Origin: Gnetum montanum
Lineage: Eukaryota; Plantae; Gnetophyta
Assembly (NCBI GenBank): GCA_015680685.1
Contig: MNCI01002813.1
Span: 186,001 to 250,000 of the forward strand
Length of the DNA stretch: 64,000 nt
Direction: 5' to 3'
This document shows, in pieces, positions 39,501 through 50,329 of this stretch. The position numbers and the translations under genes were made by a program. The number at the start of each line of letters is the position of its first letter. Within the stretch, counting starts at the first letter, position 1. The notes under the pieces were generated by a model that did not search any database, had not been told where the DNA came from, and was given only the letters and a program-made list of their open reading frames with translations.

Positions 39501-39701
39501 CGCTGGGCGTATACGCTGTGGATGTGAGCTGGAGTGTATACATTAGGCGTATACGCTGAGACTGCATAGTTAGTGAAAATCAAGCATCTTGATCTCTGGA
39601 GTTGCCATGCGTGACACCAAGTGTAGTCGTGGTTGTCTATGGGCCTCGGGGACCTACTTCTTGCTGGAGAAGTACCAAGCTCGAAATTTTGTGGTGTTTC
39701 A
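36540..39701 (-). mobile_element. Tat-family element F: inverted, deleted copy nested in E (LTR 38590-39701 fused to aRH-INT 36725-38590)
   Basis: Reverse complement of the LTR start at 39701. Minus-strand 'FDGASTSQGG...TNNIAEYEGLL', 'VHEGLCGGH' and 'YALWAYHTT'. Closely related to 42220-44250. Confidence 0.88.
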
Positions 39702-40317
39702 CCTGTGCGATGATCCAGGCCATGATGGAATCCTTGGCCTGGGCAGGCACTGTAGCATGGCTTCGCTCTCCTCTGCGAGGTTCAAGTCAGGACCCTTCGT
39801 CCCCTGCCCTTCCACTTCCTTGCCTTTGCCCATCTCGGCGTCTATGCTGTGATTGACAGTTTACACTGAGGGTTGAAACTATTTACGCCAGAGTCTGAGT
39901 CTCTATGTCTATGCTTGAACTTCTATGCTCTGCATCTATGCTGGGGTTTAGTTGTTAGCATTTATGCTCAGGGTTTGGGTTTACACTTACGCCGGGGTTT
40001 CACAGTTTACGCTTACGCTAGAAATTTTATGCTCGGATTTTATGCTCAGATGTTTACACTCAGAATGCAATGTGATAAATGATTCCCCCCCCCCCCTTTT
40101 ATAGTGCTCCACCATCGCTGCCACCACCGTTGACACCGCCGCCTCGTGTTTCGTCACTCTTGCCTATTTTTACCTTTTTCTAATTATTTCCATTGAAATT
40201 TGCTCAAAAATTAATAAAAAATATGTATATATTTAAAATAAAATAAAATTACTACATCTTGGTTTCCCCGTGAACCCCATTTCATGCATTTATGCCAAAC
40301 ATTCCAGCATAAACTAC

Positions 40318-40530
40318 CGTTACGACCCGGTATGGCCTTAAACTTCCGCCATGGCCTGGTATGGCCTTAAACTGCCGCCACGGCCCAGTACGGCCTTAAA
40401 CTACCATTGTAGCCCAGTAAGGCCCTAAAATGCCACATACGAACCCCCTACAACCTGGTAAGGCGTTAAAATACCACCCATAGCCCAGTATGGCCTTAAA
40501 ATGCCATGGATCCTGGTGTGACAATAAACC
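40318..40530 (+). repeat. Tandem array of ~30-bp units upstream of pol
   Basis: Repeated 'GCCCAGTAYGGCCTTAAACTRCC'. Related arrays at 14170-14310, 25750-26030 (-) and 31660-31790. Confidence 0.85.
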
Positions 40531-40628
40531 ATCATCATGCATGTACACATAATTTACATTGCCAAAGAACATAGAACGATACCCAGTAGCTCACCCCTAC
40601 TCTCTATTCATTGGTAGGAGCAAGCCTG

Positions 40629-43600
40629 ATGGATTGCTAGCACCTAGACACGCCATTAATCATTGATGGACCATATTGAAAAATTACAAGGGACATCGAC
40701 ATAAATCTCATCCACTTAATTTCATCAATGGACGATGTAGTCATAGCCGCAACACAGCAAACGATAGACAACTACAAATGTATGATAAAACCCCTTGACA
40801 TAGAAGCCGAAAATATCACCGAATACCCATTAGCCGAAACCCCCATCATCATGCTAGATGGGGAAATCAAAATATTAAAATTAAGCACATTACTACAACT
40901 ACAATTAGCCAAATACATTGAGAACGTGCTTCAGGAAAACATAAAAGAATTCGCTTGGTCTTACATGGACATGCCCAGGTTAGATCCTCGAATTATCCAG
41001 CACAATATTATCCTTGATCCGAAATTGAGACCAGTAAAACAAAAGGCACGAAAAGTTAAACCTAAGGTGGCATTGGCAGTTTGTAATGAGATCACCAAGT
41101 TTTATCAAGCTGGTTTCATTCAAGCTGTTGGTTACGCCGAGTGGGTATCCAACATGGTCATTGTCTCGAAGAAGAACACAAGCATTCGCTTATGCATTGA
41201 ATTCTAGGATTTAAACGTTGCAATCATAAAAGATGATTTTCCCTTACCTAGCATCGATCAATTTGTTGACTCGACCACTAGACATGTGCTATTATCTTTT
41301 ATGGATGGCTTCTCAGCATATAATCAAATATGCATCAACCCAGAGCATCAGCTTCGAACAACCTTTATGACACCATGGGGAACCTTTTGTTATACAATGA
41401 TGCCCTTCTGTCTCAAGAATGCTGGGGCCACGTATCAAAGAGCAATGACATTTATCTTTAGAGATTACATGTTACAATCACTCAATGACTACATGGACGA
41501 CATTGTGGTTAAATCAAAAACATCAGAACAACATGTACAAGACCTTGACCTAGTATTAAAGCATTGTTTAAAGTATGAACCTTAAAAAATGTGTCTTAGG
41601 CATCAAAACAGGTAAAATGCTTAGATTTATAGCCTCAAAAGTGGAGATATGAGTAGACCTCGATAAGGTTAAGGCCATAACAAACCTAAAACCACCCGGC
41701 AATCTTACCGAACTTCAAGGTCTACAAGGTAGATTATAGTTTATCAGGTGTTTCATAGAAAAACTAGCAGACAGGTTAAAACCTATGAATCACTTGTTGC
41801 ACAAGAATGTCCATTTTGAATGGACTCCATAGTGCCAAGAAGCATTCAATAATATTAAAACTACACTTGCCTGACTACCCATAGTTTATCCACCTCAAAA
41901 TGATAAACCATTTTACATCTACCTTGCCACTTCAGATTCATCCATCATGTCTATGCTTTTCCAGAAACAAGATGATGGAACTGAAGTCCCCGTATACTAT
42001 TTAAGTTATGCATTAGTTGCCCATGAGAAAAAGTACAATGATGTGCAGAGGTCATGTTTAGCTTTGGTCTTTTCTTTGAGAAAATGGCAACATTACCTCT
42101 TCCGCAACCAAGTTAACATAATTTGCAAGGATAATGTGCTCAGGTCCATCATAGGAAACATTTATGAAAAAATTCAGATAGCCCGTTGGAAAGCCATGAT
42201 AGCCAAGTTTGACCTGCATTATATAGCGCAATCATCAGTTAAGGGTCAAGCCATAGCAAAGAAAATGGCCATGTCACCAACACATGATCAAGCGACAGTA
42301 GAGCCAGAATTCCCAGATAAGAATGTAAGTGCAATAGACATAGTACCCAATGACTACGATGCCATTCTAAACTTTGATGAAGCATCCACCTCTTGATGGG
42401 GAAGTGCTGCCATAGTCATCACCTATCCCTCAGGGGAGATCTGACCCTTGTCTTATCATTTCAATTTTTGTTGTACCAACAACATAGTAGAGTATGAAGG
42501 TCTCCTTAGAGGTCTCACAGCAACATTAGCTTCAGACATCACACAGCTTGTGGTCCGAGGAGACTCTCAACTGGTCTTAAACCAAGTCACAGATGTTTAT
42601 ACATGCAAATCCCAACATTTACAACCATACTGTGACTTGGAAAAGCACTTAATGAGGCGATTTGAAAATATCAATGTGAAACACATCTCTAGAAATGATA
42701 ATACCATTGTAGACACATTAGCCACATTAGCATTAAATATATCGCCAGACATGTTCCATATATTACCAAGCTCAGTAATCAATTGTGCCAAACCAATAAC
42801 AAATACTCTTGACACATTTCCGATTGCATCGGTTAGTACAACATGCGCAATAGAATGGTATGACGATATAAAAGAATACCTTCTACATGGTGAAACTCCA
42901 CGACATCTAACAAATGCACAAAAGGATGCAATACTAAAACATTCTAAGTAGTATACCTTGGTAGGGGACACATTGTGTCGTAGATCCTATGAAGGTATAT
43001 TGCTAACATTCATTAGTAGTACTGATGCTCAAACCATCATTGAACAAGTACATGAGGGACTATGTAGAGGACACATAGCACCAAAAGCCATGGCAACAAA
43101 GATAAGACGCGTAGGCTACTATTGGCCACACATGGAGTATGACTATCTCTCCAAGGTTAAAACGTGTAGTACTTGTCAAAAACATAGCAATCTAATCCAT
43201 GTCCCACCAAATGAGTTGCATACGGTGCAAATCACGTGGCCCTTCCAAAAGTGGGGGTTAGACCTTATCGGCCCAATAACACCTTCATCTTCTATGGGGT
43301 ATAGTTTTATTATAACTGCAATAGAATACTTTACGAAGTGGGTAGAAGTGGTTTCCCTTCAAAAAGCTACATCTAAACACATGTGCAATTTCATTCTCGA
43401 AAATATTGTAACCCATTTTGGCATTCACTTGACAATCATCACTGACAAAAGGCCACAATTTAGCAGTGCCAAGACCAAAAAATTTTGTAAAAGTCTAAGG
43501 ATCAAACACTCGTTTTCATCCCCTTACTATCCTCAGAGCAATGCGCAAGCAGAGGCAACGAACAAAATGATTATTGCAATACTTAAAAGAATGCTTATCC

Positions 43601-44095
43601 AAAGCAAAAGAAGGTGGCATGAAAAATTAGTATATGCATTGTGGGCATATCGTACTAGGCATTGAACTTCAAAAGGTAAAACACCATATAGTCTTGTTTA
43701 TCGTTTAGAAGTTGTTTTACCTTTGGAATTACAGGTACCATCTTTAAGGATCACACTTTCCAGACTCCTCGATGACGGGCAAAACAATGACCTACACATT
43801 ATTGACCTAGACTCGGTGGAGGAGGAATGCATACGTGCACTTGATCAGATCAAATGGTACCAAAAATAGCAATGACAGTGACATCAACATGACATTCACA
43901 AGCACCCTATCAAAGAAGGTGACCTTGTACTTAAGGCCATTTAGGAACACCTAGACAAATTCTTAGCCAACTGGGAAGGGCCTTACTTGGTCACTAAAGC
44001 ATTTGACAAAGGTGCATTTAAGCTAGTTGATATGGAAGGGAAGGAGCTTGCCAATACAACCAATCACTTGTTCCTAAAACCATTCTATATTTTAG
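40629..44095 (+). pseudogene. pol of element E: RT, RNase H, additional (archaeal-type) RNase H and integrase
   Basis: 'FAWSYMDMPRLD', 'SFMDGFSAYNQI', 'YMDD', RH 'PVYYLS', aRH 'FDEAS...TNNIVEYEGL...VRGDSQLV...N..VD.LA', INT 'HEGLCRGH...CSTCQ...WGLDLIG...YYPQSNAQAE'. Broken by stops and frameshifts. Confidence 0.93.
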
Positions 44096-45264
44096 TACAA
44101 GCTTAGGTACATGTGAGTCTTGGGGTCATGACTATAAACTGATACCACAGAACAGTCTTGGGGTCACGACTATAAACTGATACCATAGAACAGTCCTGGA
44201 TCATCACTTAAAACTGATACCATAGCTCATCCTAGAATCATGACAATAAACCGATACCACATAGTGTTCACAATGATGATAAAATAGCACCTGTATGGCA
44301 CGATAGTAAACTACCACCATTGTACTTGTTCAAGTATGCTAAGACTATAAACTGGTTTGCCTCTTCACGGTCCATTAAGACTAGAAAATGGCAATGCAAC
44401 GTCCGCCACGATGCTAAACAGGAAATCTCCAATGGGTTACGACATAAAACCAATCCATGATAGTCCGCTAAGACTATAAACTGGCAAGTTCATCTCTGGT
44501 TCCTCAATCTGTGGCCATGCTCAAACTTCATTAGAATCACTGCATCACTCGCCATCAGATTATCCTACCAAAATTGCTACGATTTATATAAAGTGCCTAA
44601 AATCTCCTTCAGCATCTTTCTTCTATCCGTAGCTATGTAAGTCTAAGCTCGCTTCTTCACTCATGGTTTTCTTGTCTCCTTGGAGTTGTGTTTACAGGAT
44701 GACACCTAGAGGTTTTCGCACAAGAATGCACTTCGTTACAAGCAGCAAGATGGGACAATGTTCACAGCACACATGGCAAGACTAAATCAAACCATTCACT
44801 AGTACATCCCCATTTCTCGGTACATCCCCTATCCACTTACTGATACATTCTACTCAACCACATCTTTGATACACCTAGTACACTCAAAAATTTGAAGATG
44901 TTGTTGCGCACTGTAACACTTTAAAGCAGTTGCAATACACAAGATAACACTTAAGCATGAGTACAAGATCAAAGTAAAGATTCTTTCAAAAAAAACAATC
45001 TAGAAACATCCAGTACTCATGTCAAAAATAATCTAGAAACATCCAGTTGCATGGTTTTGGCTCTCTGCCAATAGGCTCCCCTAAGGAAGAGTTCTATTCC
45101 TCCAAAGAATGTAACACATCCTCCCTTGTACTACTGAACACGGTACAAGAACATCTAGTCACGTGGCAATGGATGAAGTCTCTATCAAGGTGCTTATGGT
45201 GTTTTTCACTTCTTTGTTAACACTTCTCGAGTTGATTCCTCCAGTGTCAACAAAGAGGGGCCAA

Positions 45265-46570
45265 TGAAACACCACAAAGTATCAAGCTTAGTACTTCTCC
45301 AACATGAAGCAGGTCCCTGGGACCCACACACGACCATAGCAACATCTGGTGTCACACATGGCAACTTCAAAGATCAAAATACTTAGTTTCCACTAAGTAT
45401 GCAGTCCCAGCGTATACGCCCAAGCATGTCGTCTCAGTGTATATGCCTAGCATATATGCTCAAGTTCACACCCACAACATCTACGCCCGGCGTATACGCT
45501 TGACATTATCAGTGTATATGCCAGCGTATATGCCCAGCGTAGACGTCTCACATGTACGCTCGGAAGGTACAACAAATGTGTACTTCTGGCATGAAATCCC
45601 CAAAGATGGCATGGAAATAGCACTGTAGAGCAAGATTTGGCACAAGGCAACAACCATCAGCGTATACACCCCGACGTATATTCCCAACGCCCATCAGCAT
45701 ATATGCCCAGCATATATGCCTAGCCACCATTAGCATATACGCCCAGCGTATACGCCTAGCATATATGCCTAGCATCCACAACATCTATGCCCAAGTTCGC
45801 ATACGCCTAGCACATCCAGTGTATGCACCTGGAGTCTACGCCCGCTTTATACAGCGTATACGCTTAGTGTATACGCCCATTAAATGTAACATATTATACA
45901 ATTGTAAGTTTTATACTTTTGCACTTGGTCAATGCACCATGTGTCACCCAACCCGAGTTTAGTATCAAAACCTATATAAAAGCCCCAATTTTTCACTAGA
46001 ACCAGGTCAGTCCGAAAAAATTCTAGAGCAAACAAAAGAATAGAGACACTGAGAACCAGAGTAGAAAAAATTATATGTTGAACAACCCTGTACACTGAGC
46101 ATACAGCCTCTACACAGTGCCTATAGTGCGAACCAGCCCACTATCACCCCTGCATCCACCAGGGCTTTTCGTCCACCTTGTGTCCTAGTCACAACTGCAT
46201 TATACCGGTGCATTGTACTCTCATTTTGAAATTCCATTGTTACATTTTCTTCCCAAAATCATTTACAGTTTGCATTAATTGTTTCATGTATTCTATTTAT
46301 TCATGTTTACATCTACGCTTTGTTCATATCAATTACATTGTTTACGCTCTGATTCATGCCTGTTATGCCATTTACATATAACCTAGAGTATAGCACTTCG
46401 GTGTACATTTGGGGAAATCCTTGTCTGATCCATGTGCGGACCACCCAAGGTACTCTAACTTCATTCATTTCAGCTCACCCTTAGGTAAAGGTAGGGTCTT
46501 TTGTGCATGTCTAGTTATCCCATGGTCTCTATTTCCTTCCAGCCAGAGATCGATGATTTTGGATGGTACA
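45265..46570 (+). repeat. 3' LTR of element E
   Basis: Follows the PPT and has TG...CA termini. It differs from the 5' LTR at 7 of the first 60 bp. Confidence 0.92.
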
Positions 46571-48572
46571 CACTCCTTATCACGCCATTTAGATTTTTTA
46601 CACTTGGCACAGAATTTGACATAGCTGACAAGGTAGTGTGGGATTTCAAATCCTAGTTATCCTAAGACACCAACACGTACATTGCTAATAGAAGTGAGCT
46701 CCTTTATGGTCATTTTGACCATAGATAACATATTTGTATCACCTTTGAGACCATGCTCATTGATAAAAAACCTACACCACATAATGTAGAAATTTTTTTA
46801 TACTTGAAAAAAATTCAAATAATGGTTAGCACATCATAATGTCATGGAAACACTTACCTGCCTACATAATACACAATGTCAGGTGGATTCTAGAAGTAGG
46901 TTGTGAGATGACGAGCCACGAACAGTGTGTTGTAGGCATGATAACAATCAAACTTGGACATCTTCCAGATCCAAGATAAATACCTCAAACCCTTGGTGCT
47001 TTGTTCATGGTCTTGCACCCTCATGGTTTCGATTGAGACATCTACTAGAAATGTTAAGATGCTCTGCGTTGATCCAACCAGTAGCATCTCCAGAATGGCA
47101 GTGGTTGTCTCAGCTAGTAGATGTGACTAGATAATTACGCTAAAATTATGCAACAAAAACTACAAAAAATCCCATGTTCCTCTTTAGAACCAAACCTCCT
47201 CCTCTCCTACACAAGCATGAGGAGGAGGAACATTGGCCATGGGGACATGCAAACAGCACAGAATGCCCATAATGTCCAAGACAATCAAGACAAGCTTTAG
47301 CGTAATCCATTATAATAAAACACACTACCATTAGGAAAAAAAATTTAGACATACTAACAACATAAGAACAACACAAATCAAAAATTCTAATAAAAATCCA
47401 TTATGCAACACTAGAGTTTCCATTACCTTGACTCCCAAAAAATTGCAAGTTATGCTAAAAATGCATTACCAAAATTGCCCAAACCCTTGCGATGGTGCAA
47501 GGTCTGTCCCTGACAACAATGATAAAAATAACACTGCATATTTTCCTAGCATAGCATGCAACCATTATGAGTGAGACAATGGAATCCTATTTACACTACG
47601 TAAGGGTACAATACCTGAACCCCTCCAATTATGCATAAGGTTTGCATAGTATTGTCCAAGATCACCCAAAGCCTTACGATGGTGCAAGGTCTATCTCTGA
47701 CAATGGTGATAAGGGTAATATTACAAACTACAATAGCTTAGCCCACATAAGAAGGTATCAACGCTCAACATAATACACATCTTTGAAATGATTACAAATT
47801 TGACACCATAACAATGAAAAAAATAATCATGCAGGAAAGGTAAAAAGTGACCTAACGGGCGAGTAGAGTAGCCTCTCAAGTTTCGACCCAGGCCTTTGAA
47901 ATCTGCTCCAAACTCTCCTACACTTCATCAATCTTCACCAATTTGGCATGTTTGCCTTTGGTCTTTGGTGCCATGGTTACACTTGAACAACATTTGCAAA
48001 ATTATCTACTTACACCTTCCTTCTACTTTCTTTATGCTACAGCCTAATTTAAATTCGTGATGTTTATAGTCTGCTTTGAGGACGAACCACCAACTTATAA
48101 ATGTAATGGTTGAAACTAACTATTTTCGTGTCTGATCAATGTGAAACTTTCTTGAAACGTAGATATGTTAGTGCGATATGAAGTGTGAAGATCATAACAT
48201 TAATCTTGTAGATATTGCATGGATTGTGGTCCGAAAATACCCTAAACTAACATGTAGCTTATTGTCTCGTAATTCGGTTGCATTAACTACGATTTGAAAA
48301 AACTTATAAATTAGCTATTTTGACATGCTAGCCACCCCACATTATACCTTTCATCATAATTCACAGAAGTCTTACACTAACATCTAGGAAAACGGGCTTA
48401 CTGCTTTTTTACAAACTGTGCATATTTGTAACAATCTGCTAAGATCTTAAATTAGCAACCTCTTTAACATGCACCTCTAAAAAAAAGAGAGAAAACCTTC
48501 TATAATTTCAGCAAATTGGCAAAAATAATATAACAACTTCCGTTCTTGGTGGTTTTGTAGGTCAATTCGCAA

Positions 48573-49680
48573 ATGGATGTAGCTTTAGTCACACCCCTAG
48601 CCCTAACAAGCCCATATGTTGAAACTATTAGATAGCTCAACCCTACACTAATAATAACTAATGCTTATCCTTGCAACATAACCATAGAAACATCCAAAAT
48701 ATCCCCAGACTGGCCAGAACATTTGGCCTGAACCCTAGACCTAGAAGCTGGTGATGTGATTGAGGATCCCCTTACTGAGGTCCCTGTAATTATGCACAAA
48801 GGAGAAAGTAAAACTTTGAAGGTTACTTCCCTCCTTGACCAACAAACATAGACTAACATACTTTGAGTCCTCTAGAATAACGTTGTGGTATTTGCATGGT
48901 CATACAAAGACACGCTAGGTTTAGACTCGAGACTAATATAGCACAACATATTTTTAGACCCATATATCAAAGCATTTAAACAAAAATCATAGAAGATTAA
49001 ACCCAAAATCATGATGGCAATGCGTGATGAAATCACTAAGCTGTATCAGGCTAGTTTCATTTGCTCAATCGATTATTTAGACTAGGTGTCAAACATTGTA
49101 GTTGTCTCTAAGAAAATGGGAGGAATAAGCATATGTATAGACTTCCGTGATCTAAAAAAGGCAACGATTAAAGAAAACTTTCTGTTACCAAGTATCAACC
49201 AACTTATTAATACAAGAACTGGTCACACGTTAGTATCCTTTATGGATGGGTTTTCGAGCTATAATCAAATTCGCATCAACCTAGAACATCAACTGGCTAC
49301 AACTTTCATGATCCCTTGGGGAACTTTCTGTTACACCATGATGCCTTTTGGGTTAAAAAATGTTGGAGCAACTTATCAACGTGCCATAACATATATCTTT
49401 AGTGATTACCTCTTAGAGAGATTGAATGACTACGTAGATGACATAGCTATCAAATCGAAGAAGTTAGAAGATCACCCAGAAGACCTAGAGTTAATCCTTA
49501 AATGATGTCTTAGGCATGACCTATGGATCCACCTAAAAAATGTATATTTAGAGTCAAAACCAGACACATGTTGGGGTTTGTAGTATCATAGACTAGCATA
49601 CGGGTCAACCCTGACAAGGTGAAAGCCATTGTTAACCTCAAAGAACTATGTGGATTATAGTGTAGGTTGCAATTTATAGT
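48573..49680 (+). pseudogene. RT of element D, 3'-truncated
   Basis: 'FAWSYKDTLGLD', 'CIDFRDL', 'SFMDGFSSYNQI', 'MPFGLKNVGATYQR', 'YVDD'. The N-terminus is homologous to those at 14418 and 40629. Confidence 0.88.
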
Positions 49681-50329
49681 AAACATAGTAAAAATGATTA
49701 TAAATTCTATCACTGACTACAATAAAAATATAAAGCTATTCTATCCTATTAGCGATAAGTATCCAATCCTAGCTTGCCATACATGTTCTAGGCTGATGTA
49801 ATTATTACTAGGATTACCAAGTAAATTTACTATTTGGCAAAGAAACTAAAGTTACTACACTTTATTAAATTACATACTTATTCCATTGTTATTAACAAAT
49901 ATGGTAATAGTAAATAACTTAGGATGTAAATATCAAAGTAAAAGTAAATAACATTGAAAAGTAAATCTATTCTACGTGTAATGCTATAATGATGAAGAAC
50001 AATCTCAATATATATTGTTGCTCATGAATTATATCTAAGAACAATCCACTCAAATAAATATCTCATACAATTGTAATTCAGCACACTATGGGCATTCATA
50101 ACTAACTTTAAGTTCAAGAAAATAAATTGCAAGAATTTTACTAAGGATTAGTAAAAATGTATTCTTTGACATGATGGTGGGCTTTTTTTTATATTCATAA
50201 CCATGGCTTACTACATCATATCTATAAAACTATATATTGAACTATGATATCGCATCTATGATATTGTAGTCAAGAATATTTAAGTTCTTATCAATATAAA
50301 AAAATCAAGTTAATATCAATGATAAGAAT

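Larger units (their letters stand above)
34995..46570 (+). mobile_element. Tat-family element E with both LTRs and a 5-bp TSD (CACTC)
   Basis: 5' LTR 34995-36261 and 3' LTR 45265-46570 are colinear. CACTC occurs at 34990-34994 and 46571-46575. PBS at 36267-36283, PPT AAAGAGGGG at 45252-45260. gag-pro is absent. Confidence 0.93.
31928..47974 (-). pseudogene. Multi-exon antisense accessory gene of element D, interrupted by element E
   Basis: Start MAPKTKGK at 47974. Exons 46858-47126, 46571-46624 joined to 34916-34989, 33760-34809, 33448-33651, 33251-33304, ~32244-33080 and ~31928-32182. Four GT-AG introns have matching phases. The protein has 'FCAKC', 'GTWFNWASYFAEGL', a coiled-coil and an acidic PHEED-repeat tail. 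Scattered stops and one frameshift. Confidence 0.7.
26341..49680 (+). mobile_element. Tat-family element D (5' LTR, PBS, gag-pro, antisense gene, RT; 3'-truncated; hosts element E)
   Basis: LTR TGAAACACC...CATTACA at 26341-27545, PBS at 27552-27568, gag-pro, and RT at 48573-49680. Continuity across the 34995-46570 insertion is shown by the TSD and by the restored reading frame. Confidence 0.8.

Noticed and set aside
49750-50280. Further distant Athila-type LTR fragment
   Set aside because: Only scattered motif matches, with no definable termini, so it was not listed as a feature.
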